A DNA stretch of 64,000 bases, taken from contig OZ024744.1 of NCBI GenBank assembly GCA_964016885.1, positions 17,794,001 to 17,858,000 of the forward strand, read 5' to 3'. This DNA is from Eledone cirrhosa. Its lineage: Eukaryota. The notes under the pieces are model-generated. The model was not told the origin of the DNA, did no database searches, and saw nothing but the letters and a program-made list of their open reading frames with translations. The translations under genes and the position numbers were made by a program. The first letter of the stretch is position 1. Each line of letters begins with the position of its first letter. Of this stretch, positions 25,701-39,710 are shown piece after piece.

Positions 25701-28700
25701 CTGTGTCACTGTCTATCTCACTGTATGTTTCTGAATGTCTGTGTCACTGTGTATGTCACTGTGCGTTTCTGTATGTCTGTGTCACTGTGTATGTCACTGT
25801 GTGTTTGTGTATGTCTGTGTCACTGTGTATGTCACTGTGTGTTTCTGTATGTCTGTGTCACTGTGTAAGTCATTGTATGTTTGTGTATGTCTGTGGCACT
25901 CTGTATGTCATTGTGTGTTTCTGTATGTCTGTGTGACTGTCTATGTCACTGTATATTTGTGTATGTCTGTGACACTGTGTATGTCAATGTGTGTTTCTGT
26001 ATGTATGTGTCTCTGTGTATGTCACTGTATCTTTGTGTATGTATGTGTCACTGTGTATGTCACTGTGTGTTTGTGTATGACTGTGTCACTGTGTATGTTA
26101 CTGTGAGTTTCTGTATGTCTGTGTCACGGTGTATGTCACTGTATATTTGTGTATGTCTGTGTCAGTGTGTATGTCACTGGGTGTTTCTGTATGTCTGTGT
26201 CACACTGTATATCACTGTATCTTTGTGTAGGTATGTGTCCGCGTGTATGTCACTGTATCTTTATATATGTCTGTGTCACTGTGTATGTCACTGTGAGTTT
26301 CTGTATGTATGTGTCACTGTGTATGTCACAGTGTGTTTCTGTATGTCTGTGTCACTGTGTATGTCACTGTATGTCTCTGTATGTCTGTGTCACTGTCTAT
26401 GTCACTGTATATTTGTGTATGTCTGCGTCACTGTGTATGTCACTGTGTGTTTCTGTATGTCTGTGTCTCTGTGTATGTCACTGTACCTTTGTGTATGTCT
26501 GTGTCACTGTGTATATCACTGTATCTTTGTGTATGTCTGTGTCACGGTGTATATCATTGTATGTTTGTGTATTCTGTGTCACTCTATATGTCACTGTATG
26601 TTTCTGTATGTATGTGTCACTGTGTATGTCAATGTGTGTTTCTGTATCTCTGTGTCACGGTGTATGTCACTGTATGTTTGTGTATGTCTGTGTGACTGTG
26701 TATGTCACTGTATGTTTCTGTATGTCTGTGTCACTGTGTATGTCACTGTGTGTTTCTGTATGTCTGTGTCACAGTGTATGTCACTGCATCTTTGTATATG
26801 TCTGTGTCACTGTGTATGTCACTGTGTGTTTCTGTATGTCTGTGTCACTGTCTATGTCACTCTATGTTTCTGAATGTCTGTGTCACTGTGTATGTCACTG
26901 TGTGTTTCTGTATATCTGTGTCACGGTGTATGTCACTATATGTTTGTGTGTGTCTGTGTCACTGTGTGTTTCTGTATGTCTGTGTCACCGTGTATGTTAC
27001 TGTATCTTTGTGTATGCCTGTGTCACTGTGTATGTCACTGTGTGTTTCTGTATGTCTGTGTCACTGTGTATGTCACTGTGTGTTTCTGTATGTTTGTGAC
27101 ACTGTGTATGTCACTGTGTATGTCAGTGTGTGTTTGTGTATGTCTGTGTCACTGTATGTTTCTGTATGTCTGTGTCACTGTGTATGTCACTGTGTGTTTG
27201 TGTATGTCTGTGTCACTGTGTGGGTTTCTGTATGTCTGTGTCACTGTGTATGTCACTGTATGGTTCTGTATGTCTATGTCACTGTGTATGTCACTGTATC
27301 TTTGTGTATGTCTGTGTCACTCTGTATGTCACTGTGTGTTTCTGTATGTCTGTGTCATTGTGTATGTCACTGTGTGTTTCTGTATGTCTGTGTCACTGTG
27401 TATGTCACTGTATCTTTCTGTATGTCTGTTTCACTGTGTATGTCACTGTGTGTTTCTGTATGTCTGTGTCACTGTCTATGTCCCTGTATATTTGTGTATG
27501 TCTGTGTCACTGTGTATGTCACTGTATCTTTGTGTATGTCTGTGTCACTCTGTATGTCACTGTGTGTATGCGTGTGTCTGTGTCACTGTGTATGTCACTG
27601 TGTGTTTCTGTATGTCTGTGTGACTGTGTATGTCACTGTGTGTTTGTGTATGTCTGTGTCACTGTGTGTGTTTCTGTATGTCTGTGTCACTGTATGTTTC
27701 TGTATGTCTGTGTCACTGTGTATGTCACTGTATGTTTGTGTATGCCTGTGTCACTGTGTATGTCACTGTATGTTTGTGTGTGTCTGTGTCACTGTGTATG
27801 TCAATTATGTCTCTGTATGTCTGTGTCAGTGTGTATGTCACTGGGTGTTTCTGTATGTCTGTGTCACTCTGTATATCACTGTATCTTTGTGTAGGTCTGT
27901 GTCACCGTGTACGTCACTGCATCTTTGTGTATGTCTGTGTCACTGTGTATGTCACTATATCTTTGTGTATGTCTGTGTCACTGTTTATGTCACTGTATGT
28001 TTCTGTATGTCTGTGTCACTGTGTATGTCACTGTGTGTTTATGTATGTCTGTGTCACTGTGTATGTCACTGTGTGTTTCTGAATGTCTGTGTCTCTGTGT
28101 ATGTCACTGTGTGTTTCTGTATGTATGTGTCTCTGTGTATGTCACTGTATCTTTGTGTATGTCGGTGTCACTGTGTATGTCACTGTGTGTTTCTGTGTGT
28201 CTGTGTCACTGTGTATGTCACTGTGTGTTTCTGTATATCTGTGTCTCTGTATATGTTTCTGTATCTTTGTGTATGTCTGTGTCACTGTGTATGTCACTGT
28301 ATCTTTGTGTATGTCTGTGTCACGGTGTATATCACTGTATGTTTCTGTATGTCTGTGTCACTGTCTATCTCACTGTATGTTTCTGAATGTCTGTGTCACT
28401 GTGTATGTCACTGTGCGTTTCTGTATGTCTGTGTCACGGTGTATGTCACTGTTTGTTTGTGTGTGTCTGTGTCCTTGTGTATGTCACTGTGTGTTTGTGT
28501 ATGTCTGTGTCACTGTATGTTTCTGTATGTCTGGGTCACTGTGTATGTCACTGTGTGTTTCTGTATGTCTGTGTCACTGTGTATGTCACTGAGTCTTTCT
28601 GTATGTCTGTGTCACTGTGTAAGTCATTGTATCTTTGTGTATGTCTGTGGCACTCTGTATGTCATTGTGTGTTTCCGTATGTCTGTGTCACTGTCTATGT

Positions 28701-30169
28701 CACTGTATCTTTGTGTATGCCTGTGTCACTGTGTATGTCAATGTGTGTTTCTGTATGTATGTGTCTCTGTGTATGTCACTGTATCTTTGTGTATGTATGT
28801 GTCACTGTGTATGTCACTGTGTGTTTGTGTATGTCTGTGTCACTGCGTATGTTACTGTGAGTTTCTGTATGTCTGTGTCACTGTGTATGTCACTGTATAT
28901 TTCTGTATGTCTGTGTCAGTGTGTATGTCACTGGGTGTTTCTGTATGTCTGTGTCACACTGTATATCAATGTATCTTTGTGTAGGTCTGTGTCGCCGTGT
29001 ATGTCACTGTATCTTTATGTATGTCTGTGTCACTGTCTATGTCACTGTATCTTTGTGTATGTCTGTCACTGTGTATGTCACTGTGTGTTTCTGTATGTCT
29101 GTGTCACTGTGTATGTCACTGTGTGTTTCTGTATATCTGTGTCTCTGTGTATGTCACTGTATCTTTGTGTATGTCTGTGTCACTGTGTATGTCACTGTAT
29201 CTTTGTGTATGTCTGTGTCACGGTGTATATCACTGTATGTTTGTGAATGTCTGTGTCACTCTATATGTCACTGTACGTTTGTGTATGTATGTGTGACTGT
29301 GTATGTCACTGTATGTTTCTGTATGTCTGTGTCACTGTGTATGTCACTGTGTGTTTCTGTATGTCTGTGTCACTGTGTATGTCACTGTATCATTGTGTAT
29401 GCCTGTGTCACTGTGTATGTCACTGTGTGATTCTGTATGTCTGTGTCACTGTGTATGTCACTGTGTGTTTCTGTATGTTTGTGTCACTGTGTATGTCACT
29501 AAATGTTTGTGTGTGTCTGTGTCTCTGTCTATGTCACTGTGTGTTTGCGTGTGTCTGTGTCACTGTGTATGTGTCACTGTTTGTTTGTATATGTCTGTGT
29601 CACTGTGTGTGTTTCTGTATGTCTGTGTCACTGTGCATGTCATTGTATCTTCGTGTATGTCTGTGTCACTGTGTATGTCACTGTATCTTTGTGTATGTCT
29701 GTGTCAATCTGTATGTCACTGTGTGTTTCTGCATGTCTGTGTCACTGTGTATGTCACTGTATCTTTGTGTATGTATGTGTCCTTGTGTATGTCACTGTAT
29801 GTTTCTGAATGTCTGTGTCACTATGTATGTCACTGTGTGTTTCTGTATGTCTATGTCACTGTGTATGTCACTGTATCTTTGTGTATGTCTGTGTCACCGT
29901 GTATGTCACTGTATGTTTCTGTATGTCTGTGTCACTGTGTATGTCACTGTATGTTTCTGTATGTCTGTGTCACTGTGTATGTCACTGTATGTTTCTGTAT
30001 GTCTGTGTCACTGTGTATGTCACTGTGCGTTTCTGTATGTCTGAGTCACGGTGTATGTCACTGTATGTTTGTGTGTGTATGTGTCACTGTGTATGTCACT
30101 GTGTGTTTGTGTATGTCTGTGTCACTGTGTATGTCACTGTGTGTTTCTGTATGTCTGTGTCACTGTGTA
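19794..30169 (+). repeat. ~11.45-kb higher-order duplication, copy 2
   Basis: Matches copy 1 as above. Similarity ends where 19468 continues ...TGTCACAGTG but 30170 continues ...AGTCATTG. Confidence 0.92.
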
Positions 30170-33100
30170 AGTCATTGTGTCTTTGTGTATGTCTGTGGCA
30201 CTCTGTATGTCATTGTGTGTTTCTGTATGTCTGTGTGACTGTCTATGTCACTGTATATTTGTGTATGTCTGTGACACTGTGTATGTCAATGTGTGTTTCT
30301 GTATGTATGTGTCTCTGTGTATGTCACTGTATCTTTGTGTATGTATGTGTCACTGTGTATGTCACTGTGTGTTTGTGTATGACTGTGTCACTGTGTATAT
30401 TACTGTGAGTTTCTGTATGTCTGTGTCACGGTGTATGTCACTGTATATTTCTGTATGTCTGTGTCAGTGTGTATGTCACTAGGTGTTTCTGTATGTCTGT
30501 GTCACACTGTATATCACTGTATCTTTGTGTAGGTCTGTGTCAGCGTGTATGTCACAGTATCTTTATGTATGTCTGTGTCACTGTGTATGTCACTGTGAGT
30601 TTCTGTATGTATGTGTCACTGTGTATGTCACAGTGTGTTTCTGTATGTCTGTGTCACTGTGTATGTCACTGTATGTCTCTGTATGTGTGTGTCACTGTCT
30701 ATGTCACTGTATATTTGTGTATGTCTGCGTCACTGTGTATGTCACTGTGTGTTTCTGTATGTCTGTGTCTCTGTCTATGTCACTGTGTGTTTGCGTGTGT
30801 CTGTGTCACTGTGTGTGTTTCTGTATGTCTGTGTCACTGTGCATGTCATTGTATCTTTGTGTATGTCTGTGTCACTGTGTATGTCACTGTATCTTTGTGT
30901 ATGTCTGTGTCACTCTGTATGTCACTGTGTGTTTCTGTATGTCTGTGTCACTGTGTATGTCACTGTATCTTTGTGTATGTCTGTGTCACCGTGTATGTCA
31001 CTGTATGTTTCTGTATGTCTGTGTCACTGTGTATGTCACTGTATGTTTCTGTATGTCCGTGTCACTGTGTATGTCACTGTATGTTTCTGTATGTCTGTGT
31101 CACTGTGTATGTCACTGTGCGTTTCTGTATGTCTGAGTCACGGTGTATGTCACTGTATGTTTGTGTGTGTATGTCACTGTGTATGTCACTGTGTGTTTGT
31201 GTATGTCTGTGTCACTGTGTGTTTCTTTATGTATGTGTCACTGTGTAAGTCATTGTATCTTTGTGTATGTCTGTGGCACTCTGTATGTCATTGTGTGTTT
31301 CTGTATGTCTGTGTGACTGTCTATGTCACTGTATATTTGTGTATGTATGTGACACTGTGGATGTCAATGTGTGTTTCTGTATGTATGTGTCTCTGTGTAT
31401 GACACTGTATCTTTGTATGTATGTGTCACTGTGTATGTCACTGTGTGTTTGTGTATGACTGTGTCACTGTGTATGTTACTGTGAGTTTCTGTATGTCTGT
31501 GTCACGGTGTATGTCACTGTATATTTCTGTATGTCTGTGTCAGTGTGTATGTCACTGGGTGTTTCTGTATGTCTGTGTCACACTGTATATCACTGTATCT
31601 TTGTGTAGGTCTGTGTCAGCGTGTATGTCTCTGTATCTTTATGTATGTCTGTGTCACTGTGTATGTCACTGTGAGTTTCTGTATGTATGTGTCACTGTGT
31701 ATGTCACAGTGTGTTTCTGTATGTCTGTGTCACTGTGTATGTCACTGTATCTCTCTGTATGTGTGTGTCACTGTCTATGTCACTGTATCTTTGTGTATGT
31801 CTGCGTCACTGTGTATGTCACTGTGTGTTTCTGTATGTCCGTGTCTCTGTCTATGTCACTGTGTGTTTGCGTGTGTCTGTGTCACTGTGTATGTCGCTGT
31901 GTGTTTCTGTATGTATGTGTGACTGTGTATGTCACTGTTTGTTTGTGTATGTCTGTGTCACTGTGTGTGTTTCTGTATGTCTGTGTCACTGTGCATGTCA
32001 TTGTATCTTTGTGTATGTCTGTGTCACTGTGTATGTCACTGTATGTTTATGTATGTCTGTGTCACTGTGTATGTCACTGTGTGTTTCTGTATGTCTCTGT
32101 CACTCTGTATGTCACTGTATATTTCTGTATGTCTGTGTCACTGTGTATGTCACTGTATGTTTCTGTATGACTGTGTCACTGTGTATGTCACTGTATGTTT
32201 CTGTATGTCTGTGTCACTGTGTATGTCACTGTATCTTTGTGTATGTATGTGTCCCTGTGTATGTCACTGTATGTTTCTGTATGTCTGTGTCACTGTGTAT
32301 GTCACTGTGTGTTTCTGTATGTCTGTGTCACTGTGTATGTCACTGTATATTTGTGTATGTCTGTGTCACCGTGTATGTCAATGTATGTTTCTGTATGGCT
32401 GTGTCACTGTGTATGTCACTGTATGTTTCTGTATGTCTGTGTCACTGTGTATGTCACTGTATGATTCTGTATGTCTGTGTCACTCTGTATGTCACTGTAT
32501 ATTTGTGTATGTATGTGTCCCTGTGTATGGCACTGTATGTTTCTGTATGTCTGTGTCACTGTGTATATCACTGTATGTTTCTGTATGTCTGTGTCACTGT
32601 CTATCTCACTGTGTGTTTCTGAATGTCTGTGTCACTGTGTATGTCACTGTGCGTTTCTGTATGTCTGTGTCACGGTGTATGTCACTGTATGCTTGTGTGT
32701 GTCTGTGTCACTGTGTATGTCACTGTGTGTTTGTGTATGTCTGTGTCACTGTATGTTTCTGTATGTCTGTGTCACTGTGTATGTCACTGTGTGTTTCTGT
32801 ATGTATGTGTCACTGTGTATGTCACTGTATGTGTGTGTATGTCTGTGTCACAGTGTATGTCACTGTATCATTGTGTATGTCTGTGTCACTGTATATGTCA
32901 CTGTGTGTTTCTGTATGTCTGTGTCACTGTGTATGTCAATGTCTCTGTGTGTTTCTGTATGTCTGTGTCTCTGTGTATGTCACTTTATCTTTGTGTATGT
33001 ATGTGTCACTGTGTATGTCACTGTGTGTTTCTGTATGTCTGTGTCACTGTGTATTTCACTGTGTGTTTCTGCATGTCAGTGTCACTGTGTATGTCACTGT

Positions 33101-36029
33101 GTGTTTCTGTATGTCTGTGTCACTGTATATGTCACTGTATGTTTGTGTATGTCTGTGTCACTGTGTATGTCACTGTGTGTTTCTGTATGTCTGTGTCACT
33201 GTGTATGTCACTGTGTGTTTCTGTATGTCTGTGTCACTGTGTATGTCACTGAGTGTTTCTGTATGTCTGTGTCACTATGTATGTCGCTGTATGTTTGTGT
33301 TGTCTGTGTCACTGTGTATGTCACTGTGTGTTTGTGTATGCCTGTGTCACTGTGTATGTTACTGTGAGTTTCTGTATGTCTGTGTCACTGTGTCACTGTG
33401 TATGTCACTGTATATTTCTGTATGTCTGTGTCAGTGTGTATGTCACTGGGTGTTTCTGTATGTCTGTGTCACACTGTATATCACTGTATCTTTGTGTAGG
33501 TCTCTGTCACCGTGTATGTCACTGTGAGTTTCTGTATTTCTGTGTCACTGTGTATGTCACAGTGTGTTTCTGTATGTATGTGTCACTGTGTATGTCACTC
33601 TATGTCTCTGTATGTATGTGTCACTGTCTATGTCACTGTATCTTTGTGTATGTCTACGTCACTGTGTATGTCACTGTCTGTTTCTGTATGTCTGTGTCTC
33701 TGTGTATGTCACTGTATCTTTGTGTATGTCTGTGTCACTGTGTATGTCACTGTGTGTTTCTGTATATCTGTGTCTCTGTGTATGTCACTGTATCTTTGTG
33801 TATGTCTGTGTCACTGTGTATGTCACTGTATCTTTGTGTATGTTTGTGTCACGGTGTATATCACTGTATGTTTGTGTATGTCTGTGTCACTCTATATGTC
33901 ACTGTACGTTTGTGTATGTCTGTGTGACTGTGTATGTCACTGTATGTTTCTGTATGTCTGTGTCACTGTGTATGTCACTGTGTGTTTCTGTATGTCTGTG
34001 TCACTGTGTATGTCACTGTATATTTGTGTATGTCTGTGTCACTGTGTACGTCACTGTGTATTTCTGTATGTATGTGTCACTGTCTATGTCACTGTATGTT
34101 TCTGAATGTCTGTGTCACTGTGTATGTCACTGTGTGTTTCTGTATGTCTGTGTCACGGTGTATGTCACTGTATGTTTGTGTGTGTCTGTGTCACTGTGTA
34201 TGTCACTGTGTGTTTCTGTATGTCTGTGTCACCGTGTATGTTACTGTATCTTTGTGTATGCCTGTGTCATTGTGTATGTCACTGTGTGATTCTGTATGTC
34301 TGTGTCACGGTGTATGTCACTGTATGTTTGTCTGTGTCTGTGTCACAGTGTATGTCACTGTGTGTTTCTGTATGTCTGTGTCACCGTGTATGTCACTGTA
34401 TGTTTGTTTTGTCTGTGTCACTATGTATGTCACTAAATGTTTGTGTGTGTCTGTGTCTCGGTCTATGTCACTGTGTGTTTGCGTGTGTCTGTGTCACTGT
34501 GTATGTCACTGTTTGTTTGTGTATGTCTGTGTCACTGTGTGTGTTTCTGTATGTCTGTGTCACTGTGCATGTCATTGTATCTTCGTGTATGTCTGTGTCA
34601 CTGTGTATGTCACTGTATGTTTCTGTATGTCTGTTTCACTGTGTATGTCACTGTGTGTTTCTGTATGTCTCTGTCACTCTGTATGTCACTGTATATTTCT
34701 GTATGTCTGTGTCACTGTGTATGTCACTGTATGTTTCTGTATGTCTGTGTCACTGTGTATGTCACTGTATTTTTCTGTATGTCTGTGTCACTGTGTATGT
34801 CACTGTATCTTTGTGTATGTATGTGTCTCTGTGTATGTCACTGTATGTTTCTGTATGTCTGTGTCACTGTGTATGTCACTGTGTGTTTCTGTATGTCTGT
34901 GTCACTGTGTATGTCACTGTATCTTTGTGTATGTCTGTGTCACCGTGTATGTCACTGTATGTTTCTGTATGTCTGTGTCACTGTGTATGTCACTGTATGT
35001 TTCTGTATGTCTGTGTCACTGTGTATGTCACTGTATGTTTCTGTATGTCTGTGTCACTGTGTATATCACTGTATGTTTCTGTATGTCTGTGTCACTGTCT
35101 ATCTCACTGTATGTTTCTGAATGTCTGTGTCACTGTGTATGTCACTGTGCGTTTCTGTATGTCTGTGTCACGGTGTATGTCACTGTATGTTTGTGTGTGT
35201 ATGTGTCACTGTGTATGTCACTGTGTGTTTGTGTATGTCTGTGTCACTGTGTATGTCACTGTGTGTTTCTGTATGTCTGTGTCACTGTGTAAGTCATTGT
35301 ATCTTTGTGTATGTCTGTGGCACTCTGTATGTCATTGTGTGTTTCTGTATGTCTGTGTGACTGTCTATGTCACTGTATATTTGTGTATGTCTGTGACACT
35401 GTGTATGTCAATGTGTGTTTCTGTATGTATGTGTCTCTGTGTATGTCACTGTATCTTTGTGTATGTATGTGTCACTGTGCATGTCACTGTGTGTTTGTGT
35501 ATGACTGTGTCACTGTGTATGTTACTGTGAGTTTCTGTATGTCTGTGTCACGGTGTATGTCACTGTATATTTCTGTATGTCTGCGTCAGTGTGTATGTCA
35601 CTGGGTGTTTCTGTATGTCTGTGTCACACTGTATATCACTGTATCTTTGTGTAGGTCTGTGTCAGCGTGTATGTCACTGTATCTTTATGTATGTCTGTGT
35701 CACTGTGTATGTCACTGTGAGTTTCTGTATGTATGTGTCACTGTGTATGTCACTGTGTGTTTCTGTATGCCTGTATCACTGTGTATGTCACTGTATGTCT
35801 ATGTATGTCTGTGTCACTCTCTATGTCACTGTATCTTTCTGTATGTCTGTGTCACTGTGTATGTCACTGTGTGTTTCTGTATGTCTGTGTCACTGTGCAT
35901 GTCATTGTATCTTTGTGTATGTCTGTGTCACTGTGTACGTCACTGTATCTTTGTGTATGTCTGTGTCACTCTGTATGTCACTGTGTGTTTCTGCATGTCT
36001 GTGTCACTGTGCATGTCATTTTATCTTTG

Positions 36030-39000
36030 TGTATGTCTGTGTCACTGTGCATGTCACTGTATGTTTCTGTATGTCTGTTTCAATGTATATGTCACTGTGT
36101 GTTTCTGTATGTCTCTGTCACTCTGTATGTCACTGTATATTTCTCTATGTCTGTGTCACTGTGTATGTCACTGTATGTTTCTGTATGTCTGTGTCACTGT
36201 GTATGTCACTGTATGTTTCTGTATGTCTGTGTCACTGTGTATGTCACTGTATCTTTGTGTATGTATGTGTCCCTGTGTATGTCACTGTATGTTTCTGTAT
36301 GTCTGTGTCACTGTGTATGTCACTGTGTGTTTCTGTATGTCTGTGTCACTGTATATGTCACTGTATCTTTGTGTATGTCTGTGTCACCGTGTATGTCACT
36401 GTATGTGTGTGTATGACTGTGTCACGGTGTATGTCACTGTATCATTGTGTATGCCTGTGTCACTGTGTATGTCACTGTGTGTTACTGTATGTCTTTGTCA
36501 CTGTGTATGTCAATGTCTCTGTGTGTTTCTGTATGTCTGTGTCTCTGTGTATGTCACTGTATCTTTGTGTATGTATGTGTCACTGTGTATGTCACTGTGT
36601 GTTTCTGTATGTCTGTGTCACTGTGTATGTCACTGTGTGTTTCTGCATGTCAGTGTCACTGTGTATGTCACTGTGTGTTTCTGTATGTCTGTGTCACTGT
36701 ATATGTCACTGTATGTTTGTGTATGTCTGTGTCACTGTGTGTTTCTGGATGTCTGTGTCACTGTGTATGTCACTGATTGTTTCTTTATGTCTGTGTCACT
36801 ATGTATGTCGCTGTATGTTTGTGTTGTCTGTGTCACTGTGTATGTCACTGGGTGTTTCTGTATGTCTGTGTCACTGTGTATGTCACTGTGCGTTTCTGTA
36901 TGTATGTATCACTGTGTATGTCACTGTGTGTTTCTGTATGTCTCTGTCACTGTCTATGTCACTGTATCTTTGTGTATGTCTGTGTCACTGTGTATGTCAA
37001 TGTGTGTTTCTGTATGTATGTGTCTCTGTGTATGTCACTGTATCTTTGTGTATGTCTGTGTCACTGTGTACGTCAATGTATGTTTCTGAATGTCTGTGTC
37101 ACTTTGTATGTCACTGTGTGTTTCTGTATGTCTGTGTCACGGTGTATGTCACTGTATGTTTGTGCGTGTCTGTGTCACTGTGTATGTGACTGTGTGTTTG
37201 TGTATGTCTGTTTCACTGTATGTTTCTGTATGTATGTGTCACTGTGTATGTCACTTTGTGTTTCTGTATGTCTGTGTCACCGTGTATGTCACTGTATCTT
37301 TGTGTATGCCTGTGTCACTGTGTATGTCACTGTGTGATTCTGTATGTCTGTGTCACTGTGTATGTCACTGTGTGTTTCTGTATGTTTGTGTCACTGTGTA
37401 TGTCTCTAAATGTTTGTGTGTGTCTGTGTCTCTGTCTATGTCACTGTGTGTTTGCGTGTGTCTGTGTCACTGTGTATGTCACTTTGTGTTTCTTTATGTC
37501 TGTGTCACTGTGTATGTCACTCTATCTTTGTGTATGTCTGTGTCACTCTGTATGTCACTGTGTGTTTCTGCATATCTGTGTCACTGTGTATGTCACTGTG
37601 TGTTTCTGTATGTCTGTGTCACTGTGTATGTCACTCTATGTTAATGTATGTCTGTTTCACTGTGTATGTCACTGTGTTTCTGTATGTCTGTGTCACTCTG
37701 TATGTCACTGTATATTTCTGTATGTCTGTGTCACTGTGTATGTCACTGTATCTTTGTGTATGTATGTGTCCCTGTGTATGTCACTGTATGTTTCTGTATG
37801 TCTGTGTCACTGTGTATGTCACTGTGTGTTTCTGTATGTCTGTGTCACTGTGTATGTCACTGTATATTTGTGTATGTCTGTGTCACCGTGTATGCCACTG
37901 TATGTTTGTGTATGTCACTGTGTGTTTCTGCATGTCTGTGTATGTCATTGTGTGTTTCTGTATGTCTGTGTCACTGTGCATGTCACTGTATGTTTCTGTA
38001 TGTCTGTTTCACTGTATATGTCACTGTGTGTTTCTGTATGTCTCTGTCACTCTGTATGTCACTGTATATTTCTCTATGTCTGTATCACTGTGTATGTCAC
38101 TGTATGTTTCTGTATGTCTGTGTCACTGTGTATGTCACTGTATGTTTCTGTATGTCTGTGTCACTGTGTATGTCACTGTATCTTTGTGTATGTATGTGTC
38201 CCTGTGTATGTCACTGTATGTTTCTGTATGTCTGTGTCACTGTGTATGTCACTGTGTGTTTCTGTATGTCTGTGTCACTGTATATGTCACTGTATCTTTG
38301 TGTATGTCTGTGTCACCGTGTATGTCACTGTATGTGTGTGTATGACTGTGTCACGGTGTATGTCACTGTATCATTGTGTATGCCTGTGTCAATGTGTATG
38401 TCACTGTGTGTTTCTGTATGTCTTTGTCACTGTGTATGTCAATGTCTCTGTGTGTTTCTGTATGTCTGTGTCTCTGTGTATGTCACTGTATCTTTGTGTA
38501 TGTATGTGTCACTGTGTATGTCACTGTGTGTTTCTGTATGTCTGTGGCACTGTGTATGTCACTGTGTGTTTCTGCATGTCAGTGTCACTGTGTATGTCAC
38601 TGTGTGTTTCTGTATGTCTGTGTCACTGTATATGTCACTGTATGTTTGTGTATGTCTGTGTCACTGTGTATGTCACTGTGTGTTTCTGTATGTCTGTGTC
38701 ACTGTGTATGTCACTGAGTGTTTCTGTATGTCTGTGTCACTATGTATGTCGCTGTATGTTTGTGTTGTCTGTGTCACTGTGTATGTTACTGGGTGTTTCT
38801 GTATGTCTGTGTCACTGTGTATGTCACTGTGCGTTTCTGTATGTATGTATCACTGTGTATGTCACTGTGTGTTTCTGTATGTCTGTGTCACTGTCTATGT
38901 CACTGTATCTTTGTGTATGTCTGTGTCACTGTGTATGTCAATGTGTGTTTCTGTATGTATGTGTCTCTGTGTATGTCACTGTATCTTTGTGTATGTCTGT

Positions 39001-39710
39001 GTCACTGTGTACGTCAATGTATGTTTCTGAATGTCTGTGTCACTGTGTATGTCACTGTGTGTTTCTGTATGTCTGTGTCACGGTGTATGTCACTGTATGT
39101 TTGTGCGTGTCTGTGTCACTGTGTATGTGACTGTGTGTTTGTGTATGTCTGTTTCACTGTATGTTTCTGTATGTATGTGTCACTGTGTATGTCACTTTGT
39201 GTTTCTGTATGTCTGTGTCACCGTGTATGTCACTGTATCTTTGTGTATGCCTGTGTCACTGTGTATGTCACTGTGTGATTCTGTATGTATGTGTCACTGT
39301 GTATGTCACTGTGTGTTTCTGTATGTTTGTGTCACTGTGTATGTCACTAAATGTTTGTGTGTGTCTGTGTCTCTGTCTATGTCACTGTGTGTTTGCGTGT
39401 GTCTGTGTCACTGTGTATGTCACTGTGTGTTTCTGTATGTCTGTGTCACTGTGTATGTCACTGTATCTTTGTGTATGTCTGTGTCACTCTGTATGTCTCT
39501 GTGTGTTTCTGTATGTCTGTGTCACTGTGTATGTCACTGTGTGTTTCTGTATGTCTGTATCACTCTGTATGTCACTGTATATTTCTGTATGTTTGTGTCA
39601 CTGTGTATGTCCCTGTATCTTTGTGTATGTATGTGTCCCTGTGTATGTCACTGTATGTTTCTGTATGTCTGTGTCACTGTGTATGTCACTGTGTGTTTCT
39701 GTATATCTAT
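36030..39710 (+). repeat. ~1.93-kb tandem duplication (offset 1,929-1,941)
   Basis: ORF pairs 36447/38376 (1,929), 36777/38718 and 37090/39031 (1,941). GTGATT marker at 37334/39275. Confidence 0.85.
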
